This document shows, piece by piece, positions 12,461-25,508 of a stretch of 64,000 nucleotides of DNA. The translations under genes were made by a program, and so were the position numbers. The stretch covers positions 19,406,001 through 19,470,000 of the forward strand of contig OZ024744.1 of the NCBI GenBank assembly GCA_964016885.1. The letters run 5' to 3'. The first letter of the stretch is position 1, and every line of letters begins with the position of its first letter. This stretch comes from Eledone cirrhosa. Lineage: Eukaryota. The notes beneath the pieces are model-generated. The model saw nothing but the letters and a program-made list of their open reading frames with translations. It made no database searches and was not told where the DNA came from.

Positions 12461-12497
<37 letters not shown>

Positions 12498-13034
12498 ATG
12501 GCGACGAACGCTGGTTCACACTCACACACACACACACAAACACATATATATATATATAAAGAGAGAGAGATCTGCGCGTTCTTTATTGTTCTCCACTCTA
12601 TAGAGGAACAGAGAGATAGGGGGTATGAGTGAGTGAGAGAGAGAGAGGGTATGATATAAAAGGGAGAGGGGTTGAGAAAAAAAAAGTTTAAGCAAAGAAT
12701 CGCTGCTTTCAACATTAGCGGGATCTTCTGAAACTAAAAAATTTAATCTGTGAACGCAGTATTAAATATTTCGAAAATCGTTTCAACCGAAGGAAAACAG
12801 GAAGACGATATTTTGGTTCGTGAAGACGTTCCCTGGTAATGAACGGAAAAAAGCGAGGATAATACGTCGTTATGTGGACCGAGAAGAACAATTTCATGCA
12901 AAGACAAGACCAAGTTTATGGTGTAAATAGAGTCGTTAGACTAATATTCTATTTAAAATAACCGAATGATATCCAGCCCCGGAGTTTAAGAATGATGTAA
13001 ATAAAATTGAAAACGAAAATGACAGAGGTTATTA

Positions 13035-13150
13035 AATTATTTGTTTCTACTTTTGGTACAAGGCCAACAATTACACAGTACATTACTGGTTCTTTATTTT
13101 ATCGACCCCGTAAGGAAGAAAGGCAAAGTTAACCTCGACGGTATTTTAAC
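13035..13150 (-). mobile_element. Nin-domain SINE fragment
   Basis: Reverse complement of the SINE core (ttttatcgaccccgtaagga.gaaaggcaaagttaacctcg). Confidence 0.8.
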
Positions 13151-14306
13151 TTTGCCTTAAAATAGTAAAAGTAAATAGTGAAGATTTATGCCAGTACATA
13201 CGTATGCGCCGACGGACATACACATATATATACATACGCACACACACATACATACACACACAAACACACACACACATGCGCGCGCGCGCGTGTGTGTAAA
13301 CCTTATGAATTTCTACAGTATTTTCACCAAATTTAAGACATAGGTTACTTATGTACTCCCGATGGTCATGGGCACTTTCATTTTTCCAGATATTGATTAT
13401 AGGGCCTCCCGACAGATAGCCCCCTTTAACCACTTCCTTGGAGTCGACTGAAGCACTGCAGTGCAATGCAAAAAAAAGTCATAACTTCTGGAGTTAGCAA
13501 CCGATTTTTACAAAACTTGACACATGGGCTACGTTTGTTCTACAGATGAATGTGAACTCTCAGAATTGGCACATATTGAGTAGGGGACTCCTGGGCGCAG
13601 GAACCCCTTTTTGAAAAAAGCTGATGATTTTGTAAAAGTATAGTTTTCGAAGCAGCACTGAAGTATTGACATAAATGGTATACATAACTGTTATTTAATA
13701 CCCGAGCAACTAGTTACAAATAAATTAACTGATATTTACAAACGCAGACAAGTCATAATAGTTTGCTGTTTATCACTAACGTATATTTCTTACTATTTTA
13801 TTTCTCTACACTACCATTAGGTGCAGTACAATTCTTTCAACGGGCGAACGCAACTCACAACCTCACTTGCTCACGGCTGGCAGCCGACTGGATGACGGCA
13901 AAAAATAAGTGTTTGCTCTATACCTGCGCTATGTCCCCAGCTTTGCAAGTTGCCTTCCCCATTATATTCATTGTCACTTATAATTCTAATACCAAGAATA
14001 AGTCTGAACAAGTTTTTAATTTAAAACAAAATGATATAAGAGATAAAAAATGTTTTATCTGAAAGAATGACTTTCCGGGCGAAAACTTCAGAATTTCACG
14101 GTCGATGAGCGTCGCCTTGCAGTTGTCTGCTTGAGCTAAAATTTTGCAGAAACTGTTTTTTTTTTTTTAATTGGAACACGATAGGGTGATGGGAGTTAAA
14201 CCTTTAGAAAGTTGAAAAATAAGGGCCATCCTAATATATATATATTGGAAGTGATTTTTTATTTAGTAAGTAAGTTAATTTTATAATTTTCTTATTTTAC
14301 GTCTCT

Positions 14307-14639
<333 letters not shown>

Positions 14640-14640
14640 A

Positions 14641-14797
14641 AGGCGGGTAAAATTCCCGAGATCCATGGACGAGTTCTCTCCAGCGGTCTCTGTCCCTCAT
14701 TATCTTTGCCATATCCTGCATCTCCAACAGACCAGTGTCTGTCCTTAGGGCATCAACATATGTTAACCTTGGTCTTCCTCTTCTAGTGTGTCCATGT
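14641..14797 (-). mobile_element. RTE LINE 3'-end fragment
   Basis: Its reverse complement matches the 3' end of the RTE copy at about 17900-18058 (ataatgagggacagagaccgctggagaga...ttttacccgcc). Confidence 0.75.
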
Positions 14798-15567
14798 ATA
14801 TATAACTTCGATAACTCTGATAGGTTTCAGCTAGTGTTGGCCCAGATCATATCTAGCTTGATAGCACTATCTATCTCTATATATAAAATAGTTTTGACGA
14901 TTTGATAATACAAAGAGTAATTCAAAGCTCAAATATGATTATATAATCCACACCAAGATAAGTAAAATACAGTTTAGAATTTAATCCAATTTGTAAATTT
15001 CCAATCACAATAGTTTTATATCACAGAGTATCTGTAATATAAATAAGAATAATCAGGATTGAATTACCTTGAATTATTTAATTGATTTACGAACGTTCTA
15101 TCAATAAAGTAAGCAATTCCGTTTTCCCCTCTGTATTGATTTCTTCAGAATCCATTAAACAACATAAATAATATAATTATTTACCACATGTCTGGACATC
15201 TCCTACATTTTCCTAATGGTGATGTTCGGCTATGCTATTGGTAAATAATTATGTTATTAATGTTAATAGATTACAGCTTCGTATACAAATGAAGCTCATC
15301 AGCCCATTTTCACAGACGGAAAACTATATATTTTCGCCTATTTCAAAGTCCAGCAGTAGGCAGAGGGAAACGTTGTTCGAAATGGATACACAATTATCCC
15401 CCTTGCTTCTGCACGATTCCGGTAGACGGCACTGACCGCCAGCCTTCTATTCGTAGTTATAGCTTTCAAAATGCTTATTTATTGAACATACCGTATATCT
15501 TTAGATATAAAAAATTCACATACATATATATATATATATATATGCAGCTATGTCGAAGCTAAATTCC

Positions 15568-15600
<33 letters not shown>

Positions 15601-15601
<1 letters not shown>

Positions 15602-16382
15602 TATCTGGTCCGCCCGGCTGGCGCTCGGCTAGGTATACGTGCCCCCACCACTCCACTGAAAAGATGCCACACAACCTCCCATGTCACATTGTCCTTCCGA
15701 CTTCGTAGCAAAGGGCAACTGTTTCCATCACATGTGCTTGGAGCATGCCTGTGAGTGTATAAGCAGCGTGTCTATGTACTACTCAGTGGGTGTACGTGCG
15801 CAGAGGCACAGAAAAACCGACAACTCGGTCTCACAACTGTGTACTGGCTGTAGCCTTTATTAAACATTTCAAGTCTGCAGAAAGCCGTTAAAGAACAGAT
15901 TGTGGTAACAATTGCAAGAAGATTTCCCTAAAAAGGGCCGTTGTTCGTTCACTGTTGAATTTATCCGGACACATCATGATATCCGATACATATCTATGTA
16001 TTACGAATGACTTCCGGTGTGATTTTGGCCCATGCAATGGCGACCCATAGGATTAATAAAATGGTGAATCTGTTGCAAGGTCTGTTAATCCATGTACAGC
16101 CGTAATGAAAATTCCACATTACAAAAATACAAAACTTACATTGTTAGACCCTCAGATTACACAATGTTTTTTGTTCGGCCCTCGGGAGCAAACATGAAGA
16201 GAGGGAAGAGCGCCGGAGAGAGTAAAGCTAAGAAACTATAGGTAGATGTGTAGGATACATACGTGTTGACCGAATTTACATACGACGCTCATCTCTACGG
16301 AAAGTAAAAGAGTGTTGTCATATAGAGAGTGAAGAGAGACAGAGAGTAAAACAGTTAAATTATAGAGAGGGTGAAAGAGGGG

Positions 16383-16414
<32 letters not shown>

Positions 16415-16607
16415 GACGCTCAGCTTTTTAATATTTGAGAGTGAAGAGCGACAGAGAGAGTAAAGCAGTTAAATTATAGAGAGGGGAATGATCTATTATA
16501 GAGAGAGGGAAGAGCAACGGAGAGAGTAAAGCTAAGAAACTATAGGGAGGTGTGTAGGATACATACATAATACATACACACGACACTCAGCTTTATAATA
16601 TTATAGA
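15601..16607 (-). mobile_element. Non-autonomous Helitron-like element
   Basis: Minus-strand 5' end A|TCTATAATATTATAAAGCTG. The 3' end has a GC-rich hairpin-like stretch (gccgagcgccagccgggcgg) followed by accagATAG|T, one change from CTAG. Internal GA-rich subrepeats at 16200-16600. Confidence 0.6.
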
Positions 16608-16608
16608 T

Positions 16609-18058
16609 ATGTGGCTCATGGAGAAGATAGAGTGGAATCAGGTGACGAAGGGGTGTGATTTTGATGATATCATACTAGAGTTATGTAACCAGGCACTGGA
16701 GAGGGAGTTGCTCCGAATCAATGAAGGATCAGTAACATCGTCCCAGTGCCAAAGAAGGGAGATCTCTCTAACACAAATAACTACAAGGGGATCTCACTAA
16801 CGTAACTTGTGGCAAACACACTCGACAGGATGATTCTTAACAGGATCCAACCCGAGATGGAGAAGAAGCCGAGGGAGAACCCGAACGGTTTCAGAGAGGG
16901 AAGATCAACCACCAGTCACATCCTGATACTGAGGAGGATATTAGAGGGAGCTAGAGCAAAAAGCCTTCCTGCTGTCATGGTTTTCATGGGCATTACGAAA
17001 GCCTTTCATTCTGTGGACTGAGACTGCCTGATGAAGATCTTACAGGCTTATGGAATTCCCAAGAAGATACTGATATCACTGCTCTACAGCAACACCAAAG
17101 CCCAAGTCATTACAGCTGACGGGATGACGGAATTCTTTGAGATACTGGCTGGAATGTTCCAGGGAGATATGTAGGCTCCCTACCTTTTTATCATCGTAGT
17201 GGACTATTGTATGCCCCTTGCGCTGGAGAAACAGCAGGACTCTGGCTTTACTGTAGCATCGGCTCAGAGCAGGAGAGTTAAGGCGAAAAAGATATCAGAT
17301 TCTGAATTTGCTGACGACATAGTTTTAGTAACAAACTCAGTGGTGGAGGCAGAGGATTTTATACGGGAGGTGGAGACTGTGCCGATGGGTGTGGGGCTGG
17401 GAACGAATGAAATTAAGATGAAGTATCTGGTAGAGAATATTAAGAAACCAGAGAAGATTATGAATATAGGCGGGAAGCTTCTAGAATTGGTTGAGGACTC
17501 CTTATATCTGGGAGCAAAGATTGGGAACACAGAGGATGATGTAGTGGAGAGGAAGTCAAATCCTGGGCGGCGTGCCAGTTTGAGATCAGTGTGGCAGGCG
17601 GACATTCGTAAAGACCTGAAAATCCATTTCTTCGTTGATAGAGTGGAGTCTGTGCTACTGTACGGGTTTGAGACTTGGACACTGACCAAGAAACTCACTC
17701 AGAATGATGGATGGGTGCTATACGATAATGCTGGAGATGGCTCTGAACATTAATATGTATATACTGAGGAGGAAGACCTCAGAGCTATAAGGGAGCCTCC
17801 CAAAAGTCACCTCGAAAGTAACACAGAGGAGAATAAGGTTAGCTAGACCTGCTCACCGACATCCAGAGTTGACACTGCACTCAGTGCTCCAGTGGGAGGC
17901 CTCGCACGGACACACTAGAAGACGGAGACCGAGGATGTATTGTGTTAATGCTCTAAGGACAGTCACTGGTCTCTGGGAACGCAGGACATGGCAGCGATAA
18001 TGAGGGACAGAGACCGCTGGAGAGAGCTCATCCATGCATATCAATAATTTTACCCGCC
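16609..18058 (+). mobile_element. Degenerate RTE-clade LINE (RT pseudogene)
   Basis: Broken frames with NYKGISL-like, GFREGRST, KAFHSV, QGD, FADD and VLLYGFETWTL motifs. Stops and frameshifts are present. Confidence 0.85.
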
Positions 18059-18162
18059 ATATATATATTTGTAGAGGTTATATTTAATTTGTTGGGAAAC
18101 AACAAGCAAAATATTTTTATAACTGATATAAAGCACTCAACAAATTATTGGAATAAATATAC

Positions 18163-18467
18163 AATATATTAACAAATGGAAACTATATTTATAAAACAAT
18201 ATTTATTTCATTATACATATTTCAAGGACCACCAAGGCAGATTATGGTGCGCTTTCATCAGATAAAATATAATATAGATTAGTTTTATAAATAAATATTG
18301 ACATACCCTGAAAAAGTGCAACATTCACGGTTGGAGTCTCCAGGAGACTAATCTATATTATATTTTATCTGATGAAAGCGCACCATAATCTGCCTTGGTG
18401 GCCCTTGAAATATGTATAATGAAATAAACATTGTTTTATAAATATAGTTTCCATTTGTTAATATATT
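18163..18467. repeat. Inverted repeat of about 120-bp arms (Penelope-type pLTR pair), each arm with a hammerhead motif
   Basis: Arms 18163-18283 and 18347-18467 are near-perfect reverse complements around a spacer of about 63 bp. Confidence 0.85.
18364..18420 (+). ncRNA. Minimal type I hammerhead ribozyme motif (mirror copy at about 18210-18266 on minus)
   Basis: ttat-CTGATGA-aagcgcacca...tggtggccctt-GAAA-tatg-TA-taa. Confidence 0.6.
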
Positions 18468-20650
18468 TATATATATATATGTAAAAGGTAAACAGAAATA
18501 ACAACACAATCGGTACAGTATGTGGAAGGTATATATTAGGTTAACGCTTGATATAGTAGGAAGAGGGTCTTAACGTTTCGGATGCTAGTGATTCATCAGA
18601 AGCGCCATACGGCGTCCCGTTTGTCCGATATAAAAGACCCGAAAAGCGAACACCGGAGGGCATAGACAACGTGGGTGGATGTGCAGGTGAAGGAATGGCG
18701 GATACGGAAAGACCCGTTAAGGCCTGTAAGAGTGGTGAGGGTGGAATTAAATGGACAAGTGTTGCAGCGGGAACGGGATCAAGGATGAGAACCGGGTGGA
18801 GTCGTGTGAGAGGACGAAAAAGAACTACGAACTAGGAGGTCGCGGAGGTTTCGGGCGCGCTTAAAAGCAGTAATGGGTGGGTTTGGAAAAGAGCGAGAAG
18901 TGACGGGGTCAGAAGAGAGGATACGGAAGGAACGGATGATATGTCGCCGGAGTGGTAGGGTGATGGGATGGTGGGTAAGATGGAAAGGAACACAGGTGTT
19001 CAGAGGTCTGTGGTGCGGTCTGTTTCATGGGTGTGGTTGAGAGCAGCTTGGATCAAGGTGGGGGGATATCCACGCTCGAGGAAGCAGGAAACCATGCGAA
19101 GGGAATGGGTTTCGAAATCGTCGTCCTGGCTACAGAGTCGACGAAGAAGACGGAGGAATTGGGAATAGGGTGTGGAGTGTTTGGTGTGGGTTGGATAGGA
19201 GGAGGTGATCTCGAGATAAGATCGGAAGTCTGTTGGTTTAATGTAGATGGAAGTAGAGAGGGTGTGGTGAGAGTGATTAATAGATAGAGAGATATCTAGA
19301 AAAGAGAGAGAAGAATCGGAGACGGAGGCGGTGAAAGTGAGAGCAGGATGGAAATATTAGACAAAAGAAATAAAGCAGTCGAGCTGTTCTCGTGATAGAG
19401 AGGAGGTGCCGATACAGTCGTCAATATAACGACCGTATAGCTCAGGAGTCAGTCTAGCGTACTGGGAGAAGATCTGGGCTTCGGCGTAGCCAACAAACGA
19501 GTTGGCATAGTTTGGACCCATTCTGGTTCCCATCGTTACCCCAGCCCTGCTGGTAAAATTCACCCGAAAAAGAAAATCCATTAAGCGTGAGAAAAAGCTC
19601 AGCCAGACGGAGAAGAGTGGTAGTGCTGGGTCAGGGGTAGGGCCTAAAATCTAAAAAAAAACTGGAGAGCGCGGAGGCCGTCATCATGAGGAATGACGGT
19701 ATAGAGAGAAGTGATGTCCATGGTAAAGAGAAAACGGGAGGGACCAGGAGGGAAGGAGAAAGAGTTGAAAAGTCTAAGGCCATGATTTGTATCGTGGATG
19801 TGGGAGAGCAGAATGTCGTCCCACGAGGCGAGGATGGTGTCTAAATATTCAGAAATTATCTCGGTGGGGCAGTTGCACGCAGAAACTATAGGATTATTTT
19901 GTTTGTGTATTTTTGGGAGGATGTAGATGGTGGGTGTGCGAGGGGTGCGTACAATAAGGCGACCTCCTGGTGCGCAGTTCCTTTTCGTCCTCTCCCACGA
20001 CTCCACCCAGCTCTCAACCTTGTTTCCGTTCCCACTGCAACACTTGTCCCTTTATTTCCACCATCACTACTCTTACAGATCGTAACGGGTCTTTCCATAT
20101 CCGCCATTCCTTCACCTGCATATCCATCCACGTTGTCTATTCCCTCCGGAGTCTTTATATATTGCGGGTCTTTAAATATCGGACAAACGGGACCCCGTAT
20201 GGTGGACCGTTTTGCCGAACATTTGAGAGACATACGACACGGTTTGGATACTCCTGTCGCCCGTCATTTCTGTTCTCCTGGTCATTCTTTCCTACATGTT
20301 TCAGTCCTGCGTGTCCTTTTACATCATGGATCACAGGCCTCGCGCACCAGGACTGAACAAAGTCTGATTCACCGCCTTGGGTCCTAATTCCCTCTTGGAC
20401 TCAACCCACCTCCCCAATTTCTCTAATACCCCGTCCATTATCACACCCCTAGATTCCTATTGCTTTCTCTTGATCATTAGCAGCTTCTCTTACAACTAAT
20501 ACAGGCCGACTATATATGCTCACTCTACTTTTCCCTTCACTGCTCTGTATACACACATACACACCCTTATATTAACATACTTTTGCTCATAGCTTCGTAC
20601 TTACATACATACACACTCTTTTACTCACATATACACACATTTCTTCTTAG

Positions 20651-20666
20651 CTTCGTACGGACGTAT

Positions 20667-20757
<91 letters not shown>
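20651..20757. repeat. (CA)n microsatellite
   Basis: Directly visible. Confidence 0.97.
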
Positions 20758-20759
<2 letters not shown>

Positions 20760-20964
20760 CTTACGCAGGTGCACAAGCATAGCTCTTTTTACGAAACGTT
20801 TTTTTTCCATTTCAGGTAGACGCCTGCCATCATCCACTTTTCTAAACTCCAGCACCACAGTTTGCAAGAGATGTCAACATGAATGGACCTGTTATTTTTA
20901 TCTAAAGATACTTTTTCCAATTCCATCCCGCCCGTCCCGTCAATCTATCTTATTTCACATTCTT

Positions 20965-21000
20965 TCTTCTGATGAAGGACTATCATCCGAAACGTTAAGA
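20965..21000 (+). ncRNA. Minimal type I hammerhead ribozyme in pLTR (mirror copy 18568-18602 on minus)
   Basis: tctt-CTGATGA-a-gga ctatca tcc-GAAA-cgt-TA-aga, with a palindromic AACGTT stem III as known for Penelope hammerheads. Confidence 0.75.
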
Positions 21001-21357
21001 CCCTCTTCCTGCTATATCAAGCGTTAATCTAATATATCCCTTCCATATACTGTACCGATTGTGTTGTTATTTCTGTTTACCTTTTACATATATATATATA
21101 CATGTGTGCATGTATGTATATATATACATATTACTGTACGTCTGTATACATATATATATGTACGTATACATACTTATATTTAAGTAACAGCCGCACTAAG
21201 AGTGAGAAATGTAATTTCGTTTCATTTTTTCCATTTATCCTTTTCGGTGCGCCCGCCGATTAACTCACTCGATGTGCAAATTAGTCTGCTCAGCCGTTAA
21301 TATGCATAAGGAAAGTATATACTTTCAGACGGTTAATCATCTGGCAGGAAGGTATAC

Positions 21358-21396
21358 GGTGCTGACGATAGCTAATAAGCTTGAAACTAGTACATC
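21358..21396 (+). ncRNA. Minimal type I hammerhead ribozyme motif
   Basis: ggtg-CTGACGA-t-agct aata agct-t-GAAA-ctag-TA-catc. Stem I is ggtg/catc and stem III is the palindrome ACTAGT. Confidence 0.7.
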
Positions 21397-21603
21397 GTTC
21401 CTTTGTCAGTGTTGAACAAAAGGGCAACTATGGTTGCTAAACACTGTACGGCTTAATTCGGGATGTTTGTTTACAAACAAACTGAGCATTATAATTAATG
21501 TTCGGTAAATCCATACGTATATATATATATATACGTGTGAAAGTATGTATATATATACATACTACTGTACCTCTGTATACATATATGTATGTACGTATAC
21601 ATA

Positions 21604-21678
<75 letters not shown>

Positions 21679-22422
21679 TTGCTTTGCAAGGTTTTTGATA
21701 TGAAATCGTATGTTGAAACAAATATTGTTATTGTTGGAGAGAATCAATTTGTTATGATATTACCAGAAATAAAAATAGAACACACTCACTGTTTGGTTTG
21801 GATTGGTTTTCGCTTCTGTATATTTTATATCCATATAATTAATTTTACTTGCAATCAATGTCTAAAAGGACAAAAAAAAAAACGGTTCAGTACTACATCA
21901 ACACGCCAGGCAATTACATGATGGTAATATAGATAAAATAGAAATTAAATAATATCTAAACATAGAAATGACTCAACAGCTAGGCAAATCAGAGAAGCAA
22001 ATGAAATAGAACTAAGAAAACCAAAGTTGAACTGAAAATATGAATAGATTAACAGCAACAATCACATCCAAACACACACACAAACGCATGCGCAAACAGA
22101 GACAGAGACAAGAGTAAATAAATAAATCAGATACAAATATCGTAGACAATACAATATAACGGGAGGAAACATAATAGTACCAATGATGACGTCACAGTGT
22201 GTGATGAAAGAACTTTGATAGACTATATTTATACATATGTATATCTGTATATTTTTAACCGTTGGTCAATCAATGATATACATTGATTGCCATTTAAATT
22301 AATTATTGAGATATAAAAGATACGGAAGCGAAAATCAACCCAAACCAAACAGGGAATGTGTTTTATTATAACATATAGTGTCTCATATTATAACAATATG
22401 ACCCTCCCCAATATATATATAT

Positions 22423-22470
<48 letters not shown>

Positions 22471-22663
22471 TATTAAAAAAATAATGAATAAACAAAGAAA
22501 GAGTTCCTTATATTAAAAAAAATTCATTATTTTACGATCGTTTCTAGGATATATATGTGTTAGAATTGGTATGCATATTCTATAGATCTATGTACAATAT
22601 TTATACAAACTATCAGAGGGAATATACATACCTTCACATATATATGCTGTCTTCAGAAATAAT

Positions 22664-22807
22664 TGTTTCTACTTTAGGCACAAGGCCAGCAATTACCCAG
22701 TACATTACTGGTACTTTATTTTATCGACCCAGTAAGGATGAAAGGCAAAGTCAACCTCAGCGGGATTTGAACTCAGATCGTAAAGGGACGTAACTATGCT
22801 GGAAAGC
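22664..22807 (-). mobile_element. Nin-domain SINE (5'-truncated)
   Basis: SINE core in reverse, with TSD tcagaaataat at 22653-22663 and 22808-22818. Confidence 0.85.
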
Positions 22808-22885
22808 TCAGAAATAATGATACTTGTTTATTGATGAGAACAAAGATTCAATACAATAGGTCTGTTTGGGAACAGGTTTTGAATT

Positions 22886-23475
22886 AGAAATTAATATATA
22901 AATTAATTTTAATTTAGTTAACCTATAATTAATATTCTACTACAGATGAATTACAAAATTCTGCTTTAAATACTATAAACCTAATTAATATACACTTTAG
23001 AAATTAAAATAAAAACTATTTTTAATTTAGTTAACCTATAATTAATATTCTACTACTGATGAACTACATAATTTGGCTTTCCTTCTTACAAATATCATTT
23101 CCTAAAACTGATACCATTAAGTAAACATAAGTAATTATTTTTAATTTAGTTAACCTATAATTAATATTCTACTACTGATGAACTACATAATTCTGCTTTA
23201 AATATTATAAACCTAATTATTATACACCTTAGAAATTAATATATAAACTATTTTTAATTTAGTTAAGATATAATTAATATTCTACTACTGATGAACTACA
23301 TAATTCTGCTTTAAATATTATAAACCTAATTATTATACACCTTAGAAATTAATATATAAACTATTTTTATTTTAGTTAACCTATAATTAATATTCTACTA
23401 ATGATGAACTACATAATTTGGCTTTCCTTCTTACAAATATCATTTCCTAAAACTGATACCATTAAGTAAACATAT
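22886..23475. repeat. AT-rich minisatellite, about 114-118 bp, 5 copies, two variant types
   Basis: The motif tttagttaacctataattaatattctactactgatgaactacataa recurs near 22910, 23025, 23142, 23256 and 23370. Confidence 0.85.
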
Positions 23476-23569
23476 ATAATGCTTTAACTTCAGGTTATGT
23501 TTCTATGTTCCTTGAAACCTATATATAATTACTATTTCCCACTAATAAATTTAATCCCCCCCAATAATT

Positions 23570-23645
23570 ATATGTATATGTAAGTGTGGATGTGTGTGTA
23601 TATAAGTGTGTATGTATGTATGTGTGTATGTATGTGAGTGTAATA

Positions 23646-23677
<32 letters not shown>

Positions 23678-23684
23678 GTGTATA

Positions 23685-23736
<52 letters not shown>

Positions 23737-23824
23737 TGTGTGTGTGTGTGTGTGTATGTATATGTACATATGTATATGCGTATATATATATATATATATA
23801 TATATGGTTATATGTTTGTGTGTG

Positions 23825-23866
<42 letters not shown>

Positions 23867-23933
23867 TGTATGTGTGCGTGTATGTATGTATATATATGTA
23901 GGTATATATATGTATATATATATATATATATAT
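23570..23933. repeat. Compound (TA)n/(TG)n microsatellite
   Basis: Directly visible. Confidence 0.95.
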
Positions 23934-24299
23934 CATTTTTATATTCTTTTAATCTCCCCGCATCCTTAACAGCACTTTTCAACTGCATCTAACTCTTATT
24001 TATCATATCTATATGTATTAGTATAGTTTTATCAATATAAATATACCCATCAATTAAATTAATTTTATATCCTTTTCATAGATGTATTTTTTTCACTAAC
24101 ATCCTAACCTTAAGACTCTGGTCACCTTAGATATTTGTATTGGCATCACTATTTTATAACAGCAACTGCTTGTATACCTTCTACTGACCACCTGACCTAG
24201 TTTCACCCCCAAAATAAGTTTCAATTACTACTATTTTACCATTTGGCCTATTATTAATTTTCTATTGGTTAATTCTAAACCTCTTACCAATCAGACAGA

Positions 24300-24485
24300 A
24301 TTTATTTGATCTTTGTTGTTTAATTTCAATTAACAAAATAAAATTATTTCTGAGGTCAACATATGACCTACACCTTCCCTAAAGTAATCCATTATTATAT
24401 TGGATCTTTGTTGGTTTTATTCAATGAACAAATAAAATTATTTCTGAGGTCAACATATGACCTACTTCTTCCCTAAAGTAATCCT
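24300..24485. repeat. Tandem duplication of about 95 bp
   Basis: gatctttgttg...ttctgaggtcaacatatgacctac..cttccctaaagtaatcc occurs twice. Confidence 0.8.
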
Positions 24486-24683
24486 TCATTCATAATACTC
24501 TTTTCCATCCAAAACTGAAATCTACCTTCCTCTACCCATAATTTAACGTTCTTCTAATACTGTATCACTATCTTGACCCTCACTATCTCCTGATTGGTCA
24601 ATTCAAAACCTGTTCCCAAACAGACCTATTGTATTGAATCTTTGTTCTCATCAATAATCAAGTATCATTATTTCTGAAGACAG

Positions 24684-24776
24684 GTTGACTTTGCCTTTCA
24701 TCCTTACGGGGTCGATAAAATAAAGTACCAGTAATACACTGGGTAATTTGCTGGCCTTGTGCCTAAAGTAGAAACA
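24684..24776 (+). mobile_element. Nin-domain SINE (more strongly 5'-truncated)
   Basis: SINE core, with TSD attatttctgaagacag at 24667-24683 and 24777-24793. Confidence 0.85.
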
Positions 24777-25107
24777 ATTATTTCTGAAGACAGCATATAT
24801 ATGTGAAGGTATATATATTCCCTCTGATAGTTTGTATAAATATTGTACATAGATCTATAGAATATGTATACCAATTCTAACACATATATATCCTAGAAAC
24901 GATCGTAAAATAATGAATTTTTTTTAATATAAGGAACTGTTTCTTTGTTTATTCATTATTTTTTTAATAATTTATCTTGACTCTGTTTTCCGTTTATTTT
25001 TCCCCGAAAGTAGTTTTTGAATGCATCTTCTCTTTTCATGATATCCGGATTACATTGAGTTCTTCATACGGATTGGACACTACCGTAAACTTTTGGTAGA
25101 TTTTTCT

Positions 25108-25203
<96 letters not shown>

Positions 25204-25288
25204 TAATTTATAACTATAAAGTTAATTGTTTCTAATACGTAGGCATTTCAATAAAAGGAAAAGATATATTAATAAATTAATATATTTG

Positions 25289-25323
<35 letters not shown>

Positions 25324-25333
25324 CTGTGAGAGA

Positions 25334-25410
<77 letters not shown>

Positions 25411-25454
25411 GTTAAATAAAAAGACAAATGATTAAAATTTAGCTTCGTTTATTA

Positions 25455-25508
25455 GTGCTATATATATTTCAGTGACAGCCATCTTTGGCTGTGACCTCTT
25501 CAGGCAGT
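25455..25508 (-). ncRNA. Minimal hammerhead ribozyme motif
   Basis: Minus strand: tgc-CTGAAGA-g-gtcacagcc aaagat ggctgtcac-t-GAAA-tatata-TA-gca. Confidence 0.7.

Larger units (their letters stand above)
18479..21090. mobile_element. Rearranged Penelope-like element (Neptune-like) bounded by inverted pLTRs
   Basis: Minus-strand RT fragments (MDITSLYT, GVTMGTRMGPNYAN, YIDD) at 19357-20006. A Cys-rich linker (PC.RS.CNTCP) and GIY-YIG piece (IGQTG..DRFAEH) lie on plus at 19970-20387, with a partial mirror on minus near 18605-18800. Terminal inverted repeats at 18479-18602 and 20967-21090. Confidence 0.85.
22464..24975. repeat. Long inverted repeat (arms about 22464-22885 and 24601-24975) enclosing a minisatellite and microsatellite
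   Basis: For example, aaattcattattttacgatcgtttctaggat in the left arm pairs with atcctagaaacgatcgtaaaataatgaattt in the right arm. Both arms carry a SINE at the same site. Confidence 0.9.

Noticed and set aside
14180-14234. Possible hAT-like terminal repeat (agggccatcctaa)
   Set aside because: It resembles the 1589 end, but no partner repeat or TSD was found.
22886-23475. Tandem hammerheads in the minisatellite (ctgatga in several units)
   Set aside because: No stem II-GAAA or stem I/III pairing follows the ctgatga.
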